DNA from: Promethearchaeota archaeon
GTDB taxonomy: Archaea > Asgardarchaeota > Lokiarchaeia > Sigyniarchaeales > SOKP01
NCBI GenBank assembly: GCA_048940445.1
Contig: JBHLON010000010.1
Span: 22,102 to 86,101, forward strand
Reading direction: 5' to 3'
DNA: 64,000 nucleotides
Under the pieces are notes generated by a model that was not told where the DNA came from, made no database searches, and was given only the letters and a program-made list of their open reading frames with translations. Shown piece by piece: positions 59,704-64,000 of this stretch (within the stretch, counting starts at the first letter, position 1; each line of letters opens with the position of its first letter). A program made the position numbers and the translations under genes.

Positions 59704-60264
59704 TTAGGCCTCTTCTTTTTTCTTTTTTTCCTCCTTAACTGGAGGTAAATCAAACATGTTTTCTTCAATTTTTTTTAAATCTTTTTCATCCCCTTCCTGC
59801 TTGAACTTGAACGCAGTCGGAGGTAATTCTTCTAACCCTAATTCAACTCTTCTCTTTCTCACTTCATCATTTATCGGAACAGCATGTCCAAAATTTTTCA
59901 AGTACCCAACCACAGCTCTATGATTAGGAGAAATATTTCCTAATTTAGTAGCATAATTTCTTAACTCCATAATTACGTCTGTTGGCCTTACATCTCGTGG
60001 ACATCGTTCATAACACTGATAACAGGTTGTACACAACCAAATATCAGGATCTCTCAATACTGATAAATCTCCCAAAACTACTTTTCTAACAATTAAACGT
60101 GTTTTTAATGCGGTCCATCGTCCGCTTTCACAACTTGCAGTACAAGTACCACATTGGATACATTTTAAAATATTTGATCTACGTTCAATATCGCTAAAAA
60201 ATTCTGGGTTGAAATCCTCATCAACCTTAAATTCCCGATGTTGTTCTTCTTTCACATCAGACAT
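59704..60264 (-). CDS. hdrC: Heterodisulfide reductase subunit C
   Basis: CIQCGTCTASC, IWLCTTCYQCYERCPR and GHAVP. Confidence 0.95.
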   Translation of the reverse strand: MSDVKEEQHREFKVDEDFNPEFFSDIERRSNILKCIQCGTCTASCESGRWTALKTRLIVRKVVLGDLSVLRDPDIWLCTTCYQCYERCPRDVRPTDVIMELRNYATKLGNISPNHRAVVGYLKNFGHAVPINDEVRKRRVELGLEELPPTAFKFKQEGDEKDLKKIEENMFDLPPVKEEKKKKEEA

Positions 60265-60302
60265 TTTATCATCCTCTCTTAAATATAAAATAAAAAAAAA
60301 AT

Positions 60303-60719
60303 TTATAATGAGACTACTTGGTTACCATTTGACATTTCTAAAAATCCAGCGGCACCAATAGGATCTTCTACAAAATCCCACATTTCTTCTCTTTTAATTC
60401 CCATTAAATCCATTGTCATTTGACATGGATAAAGTTTCATTCTTCCTTCATCAACTGCTTCTTTGATTAATGCCCATGGATCTTCCATACCGAACTTCTT
60501 TAATCTTTTTCTGAACATTCCGGCTGCCATACCTTTCATAGGTGTTGGCATTCCAGCAACTTTGGGTTTAAATTTTTTCTTTAAAAGCTCTAAACCCCAA
60601 AATGTGAAAAAGAAATTCATTTCCATATCCATTGCACTCCCAGTAGTACCCAAGATTGTCATCATCATAAACTTTTCAAAAGATTTGTCTTTTACAATAA
60701 AATTCATTTTTTCTGCCAA
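60303..60719 (-). CDS. DsrE2/YrkE-like sulfur carrier
   Basis: FFFTFWGL, YPCQMTMDLMG and GAAGFL. Confidence 0.88.
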   Translation of the reverse strand: MAEKMNFIVKDKSFEKFMMMTILGTTGSAMDMEMNFFFTFWGLELLKKKFKPKVAGMPTPMKGMAAGMFRKRLKKFGMEDPWALIKEAVDEGRMKLYPCQMTMDLMGIKREEMWDFVEDPIGAAGFLEMSNGNQVVSL

Positions 60720-60845
60720 TTTTTACACCTTTTTTTTTAAATTTGTTTGTTTTGATTCTATGATTTGAGTTAACTATTTGTTAACCATGATTTACTTTCT
60801 CTAAAAAACTTTTAATTTAATTTTTTAATTTTTATTTTGTTAAAA

Positions 60846-61187
60846 TTACATCCATGAAATAACCTTATTACTATTTTCCATTATGTCAACAAGCTCCATA
60901 TAACCTATGGGCTTTGTATTTTCTTGAATATACTCTAATGGAATTCCTCTTGCTGATAAATCAGGACCCATTACAAATTTCTTTAGGCTCAAACTTCTCA
61001 GTTCAATCATTGACTCTATCATTTTTCCTTTTGCACTAACACCAATCACACCATCATGAATGAACACTATACCCATTTTCTTTCCATTGTTCACATGGTT
61101 TTTAAGAATTGGTACTAGACGGTTTAGTTCATCCCCATATCTAGGGCTAAATCCGAAAAGATATATCATATCAAAGACTTTTTCCAC
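60846..61187 (-). CDS. dsrH: DsrH/TusB-like protein
   Basis: HDGVIG, PDLSARGI and ISW terminus. Confidence 0.87.
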   Translation of the reverse strand: MEKVFDMIYLFGFSPRYGDELNRLVPILKNHVNNGKKMGIVFIHDGVIGVSAKGKMIESMIELRSLSLKKFVMGPDLSARGIPLEYIQENTKPIGYMELVDIMENSNKVISWM

Positions 61188-61201
61188 GTCTTCCCACCAC
61201 C

Positions 61202-61570
61202 TTAAAATCTAAAAATTGTATCGGCATTTTCAATTCTCTCTGTGAGATTTTCTAAATCTATTATCTTTAAACCTTCATATTCTATGAGATCTTCTTTTTC
61301 TAATCCAGCATCAGTTAACGCATTATCAAGTACTAATATCTCTAAATCCGATAATTCTGCCATTTCCATTGGTTCATCAAAAGGATCAACTCCAAGTAAT
61401 GAGGGGTCTGCGTGTTTACTTAATAAGTAAACCGCATCGCCCATAAGTACCACCTGGCAGTCAATTTCTTCTCCTAATCCCCTAAATCCTGACCCTAGCC
61501 TTAATGCTTCAATGGCAGAGTTCTTTCCAATTGGAGATTGGTCACTTATGATTACAACTGATTTGATCAT
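61202..61570 (-). CDS. dsrF: DsrF/TusC-like protein
   Basis: SPIG...EALR and LMGDAVY. Confidence 0.85.
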   Translation of the reverse strand: MIKSVVIISDQSPIGKNSAIEALRLGSGFRGLGEEIDCQVVLMGDAVYLLSKHADPSLLGVDPFDEPMEMAELSDLEILVLDNALTDAGLEKEDLIEYEGLKIIDLENLTERIENADTIFRF

Positions 61571-61575
61571 GTTTC

Positions 61576-61944
61576 CTAGCCCCCTGTTCCAAACATTATT
61601 AATTTATCTGATTCTGCAGTCCAATTAGATAATTCACCCAACCCTTCTTCTTTTGCCCCATCAATAAAACACTGTTCTTTTAATCCACATAGTCCTATCC
61701 ATGTTGTACATCCTGCTAATGGAATTTGATTTTTTTTAATAAATTCTTCCAAAACCCCAGGTAAATTGCGAACAGTAATACCGGTTTCAATATCTTTCTT
61801 GATATTATAGACTCCACTACCATAAAAAAATATTCCCCTAATATGATGGCCCTTTTGTAACACTGCTTTACATAAGTTAAGCAAACTGTCAACTGCTTCA
61901 AATTTATACGGTTCAGTAGCTATCATGAAAGTATATGTTGACAT
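61576..61944 (-). CDS. dsrE: DsrE/TusD-like sulfurtransferase
   Basis: EPY, IFFYGSGVYN, AGCTTW and GLGELS; ATG 61944 behind AAGGAG. Confidence 0.87.
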   Translation of the reverse strand: MSTYTFMIATEPYKFEAVDSLLNLCKAVLQKGHHIRGIFFYGSGVYNIKKDIETGITVRNLPGVLEEFIKKNQIPLAGCTTWIGLCGLKEQCFIDGAKEEGLGELSNWTAESDKLIMFGTGG

Positions 61945-61967
61945 TCTAATTTTCTCCTTCAAAATTT

Positions 61968-62192
61968 CTACGCTTTCTTAATCACGAATGTAATTCTACC
62001 ATCATCTTGTTTTGTTTCTACCAATTCATCACCAGTTTTGGATAACAAGGCAGGGACATCTTTTAATGCACCCTTATCATCAACTAAAAGCTCAAGTGTT
62101 TGACCTGAACTCATCTTTTTCAACTCTTTCTTAGTCATCAAAACTGGCATTGGGCATTTCAAACCAGTATAGTCAAATGTTTTATCAACCAT
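61968..62192 (-). CDS. tusA: TusA-family sulfur carrier (first gene of the operon)
   Basis: DYTGLKCPMPVL and DDKGALKDVP. Confidence 0.92.
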   Translation of the reverse strand: MVDKTFDYTGLKCPMPVLMTKKELKKMSSGQTLELLVDDKGALKDVPALLSKTGDELVETKQDDGRITFVIKKA

Positions 62193-62252
62193 ATTTTTTC
62201 ACTTCTTTTTTTAAACTTTTTTAAGACCTTTTATGTACAATTCATAACTCAT

Positions 62253-62310
62253 TTTACATTAAATATTACAAATGTAAACTTATATATAAACTTACTTTAC
62301 ATAATATAAA
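62253..62310. promoter_or_regulatory. Operon promoter with TTACA/TGTAA-type inverted motifs flanking a TATA box
   Basis: TTACA-AA-TGTAA at 62266-62277; minus-strand TTTATATATA at 62281-62290; TTTACA-TAA-TATAAA at 62296-62310. Confidence 0.5.
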
Positions 62311-62452
62311 ATTATTATCAAAAAATAGCACAAACAAATATAATGATTTATAAATAGATATTACAAACAAAAAGTTTATATTAATTTTATCATATTTATA
62401 TCTAGACAATTAGAAATTGTTGATTTAACAAGTTAAAAATTTGAGTTTAATT

Positions 62453-62920
62453 ATGACAGAAATTATAGATTTAGATGATTTAGACAAACAGATTCTTAGT
62501 ATTCTACAAAATAATGCCAAGGCATCGCTCCGTGACATTGAAAAAGAGATTCAGTTAACTCCAACTTCAATAAGGATGCGAATAAATCGTTTAAAGGAAA
62601 AAAAAGTAATTAAACAATATGTAACTTTGATAGATTGTCGTTTTTTAGGATACCGTGAGATGGTGATGGCATCACTTCGAGTAAATTCATCATATCCTTT
62701 AGACGATCTTAAGAGAAAAATAGAACTCATGGATAAGATAAAATATGCTTATATAATTACTGGAGAGTACCCATTGTTTATTATGGCAAAATGTCTGAAT
62801 CATCAAGATTCTATGGGACTCATCGAGAATTTACGTAACCTTCCAGGAGTAGAGGAAGTAAAGACTCAAATTGTGTTGGATAAAATTAAAGAAGATCCCT
62901 CCGTTATCATCCCTGAATAA
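62453..62920 (+). CDS. Lrp/AsnC-family transcriptional regulator
   Basis: LDDLDKQILSILQNNAK HTH; ITGEY and LPGVEEVKT; ATG 62453. Confidence 0.93.
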   Translation: MTEIIDLDDLDKQILSILQNNAKASLRDIEKEIQLTPTSIRMRINRLKEKKVIKQYVTLIDCRFLGYREMVMASLRVNSSYPLDDLKRKIELMDKIKYAYIITGEYPLFIMAKCLNHQDSMGLIENLRNLPGVEEVKTQIVLDKIKEDPSVIIPE

Positions 62921-63269
62921 TATAAGAGCACGAATTCAACGACTTGAGAAAGAATTAATTAAAAAATATGTTGCGTTGATTGATTGTCGTCAATTAGGGT
63001 ATCGTGAAATGGTAATGGCATCACTGAGAGTAAATGCTACTAATCCATTAGAGGATGTTAAAAACGAGATTGAGAAAATGGAAAAAATTAAGTATGCTTA
63101 TATTGTCACTGGAGAATATCCTTTATTTATTATGGCAAAATGTCTAGATCATTCAGACTCCATGGGTCTTATAGAAACACTTCGCAACCTTCCTGGAGTT
63201 GAAGAAGTGAAAACTGTGATTGTCTTGGATCGTATCAAAGAAGACCATTCAATTATTATTCCAGAATAA
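62871..63269 (+). pseudogene. Second Lrp/AsnC paralog lacking most of its HTH
   Basis: Homology to the first copy starts at IRARIQRLE, immediately after the first copy's TAA; the effector domain is intact. Confidence 0.7.
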
Positions 63270-63408
63270 AAAATTTAAAATTCTTTTATATAGATTTTTT
63301 GAGGATATTTGAAAAATTAAATCTGAACAGAAATTAATTCATTGAAAATCTTAGTTATGATTACCTTTCTCTAAATTGGACTTAATTAGTATAGTCATTT
63401 CTTTATTA

Positions 63409-63624
63409 CTAGCCGTATTTTTTAAATACACCCATATCGACTAAATCCATGATATTTGCGATATGAGCTGTATCATATACTTCAATTTCTATACCAGCGC
63501 GTTTCGATTTATTCATTATTGCTTCCATGATTGGTTCCTGATGTGCTTTAGCTCTGAATTCTTTTCTATAATCACAAATCTCTTGTCTAGCAATATTGCA
63601 AATAAAAAAGTTAGGTAATTCTAT
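63409..63624 (-). pseudogene. Short ORF without a canonical start; contains a fragment resembling the beta-keto acid cleavage enzyme (Kce/BKACE) family
   Basis: 71 codons from ATA behind GAGGT; GIEIEVYDTAHIANIMDLVDMGVFK. Confidence 0.4.
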
Positions 63625-63848
63625 AATTTTATTACCTCTTTTAAGTTTAAATATAAGTATTTAAACTCTGATAGAGTTAGAAAACTATAAATCCTGCGAA
63701 TTACTTTTTTCTCATTACCTCGCTTATGAAAAATCCTATTACGAGAATTCATTCATACCTCAGAGTTCATAGCAAGATTATCTCGAAAATGTGGGGCTTG
63801 CGGGGGATATAGATAAAGTTAAATATGAATGACCCAAAATAGTATATT

Positions 63849-63908
63849 ATAACCAAAAAGTGAAATAAATATAACCAAAAAGTGAAATATATAACCAAAA
63901 AGTGAAAT
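63849..63908 (+). repeat. Three identical 18-bp direct repeats ATAACCAAAAAGTGAAAT
   Basis: Copies start at 63849, 63871 and 63891 (periods 22 and 20). Confidence 0.9.
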
Positions 63909-64000
63909 AAATTTGATAAAGTGTAGATTAATGAATAAAAAACACATTTTAATTGTGGGAATTGGCTTCTTCTTAATGGCAACGATATGTTTTATGGAAT

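Noticed and set aside
60303-62192. Dissimilatory sulfite reduction / reverse Dsr pathway
   Set aside because: No dsrAB, dsrC or dsrMKJOP in the window; DsrEFH alone only indicates sulfur transfer
63789-63812. tRNA 3'-end / att site (minus strand ATCCCCCGCAAGCCCCAC)
   Set aside because: No TTC-containing T-loop or cloverleaf can be built; too short to support
63849-63908. CRISPR array
   Set aside because: Repeats are 18 bp and separated by only 2-4 nt; no spacers and no cas genes
63767-63982. 71-aa minus-strand ORF
   Set aside because: Its LFHFLVI repeats are just the translation of the DNA direct repeats; no independent coding evidence

Overview
AT-rich archaeal chromosomal segment, most likely from an Asgard archaeon of the Lokiarchaeia/Promethearchaeota type. 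This is inferred from a BAR-domain protein, a Rab-like small GTPase, coiled-coil/Zn-ribbon proteins, TATA-type promoters and AGGTG-type Shine-Dalgarno sites. Bases 1-44 kb are mostly stand-alone metabolic, transport and regulatory genes. They include a small possible island (about 36.7-40.0 kb) with an OAS/cGAS-like nucleotidyltransferase, an MFS-TetR pair and a likely integrase remnant. Bases 44-63 kb are a sulfur-trafficking and redox region: E1-TusA-SAMP, two dsrEFH sets, and a roughly 10 kb operon tusA-dsrEFH-dsrE2-hdrCBA-mvhD-mvhG*-frhB/gltD-tusA opposite tandem Lrp regulators. Three things stand out. (1) This Hdr complex appears to lack hydrogenase catalysis: MvhG is fused to a Cys-less vestige of the NiFe large subunit, and a FrhB scaffold with an inserted NAD(P)H-oxidoreductase module looks like the new electron entry point. 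(2) An unannotated Trp-rich leader peptide (MATLRILSWQWPWRWQ) with competing hairpins and U-tracts lies upstream of trpB2, a candidate ribosome-mediated attenuator in an archaeon. (3) There is a FAM92/CIBAR-like BAR protein. No rRNA, tRNA or CRISPR array was recognised. All family calls come from motif recognition by eye; no searches were run.
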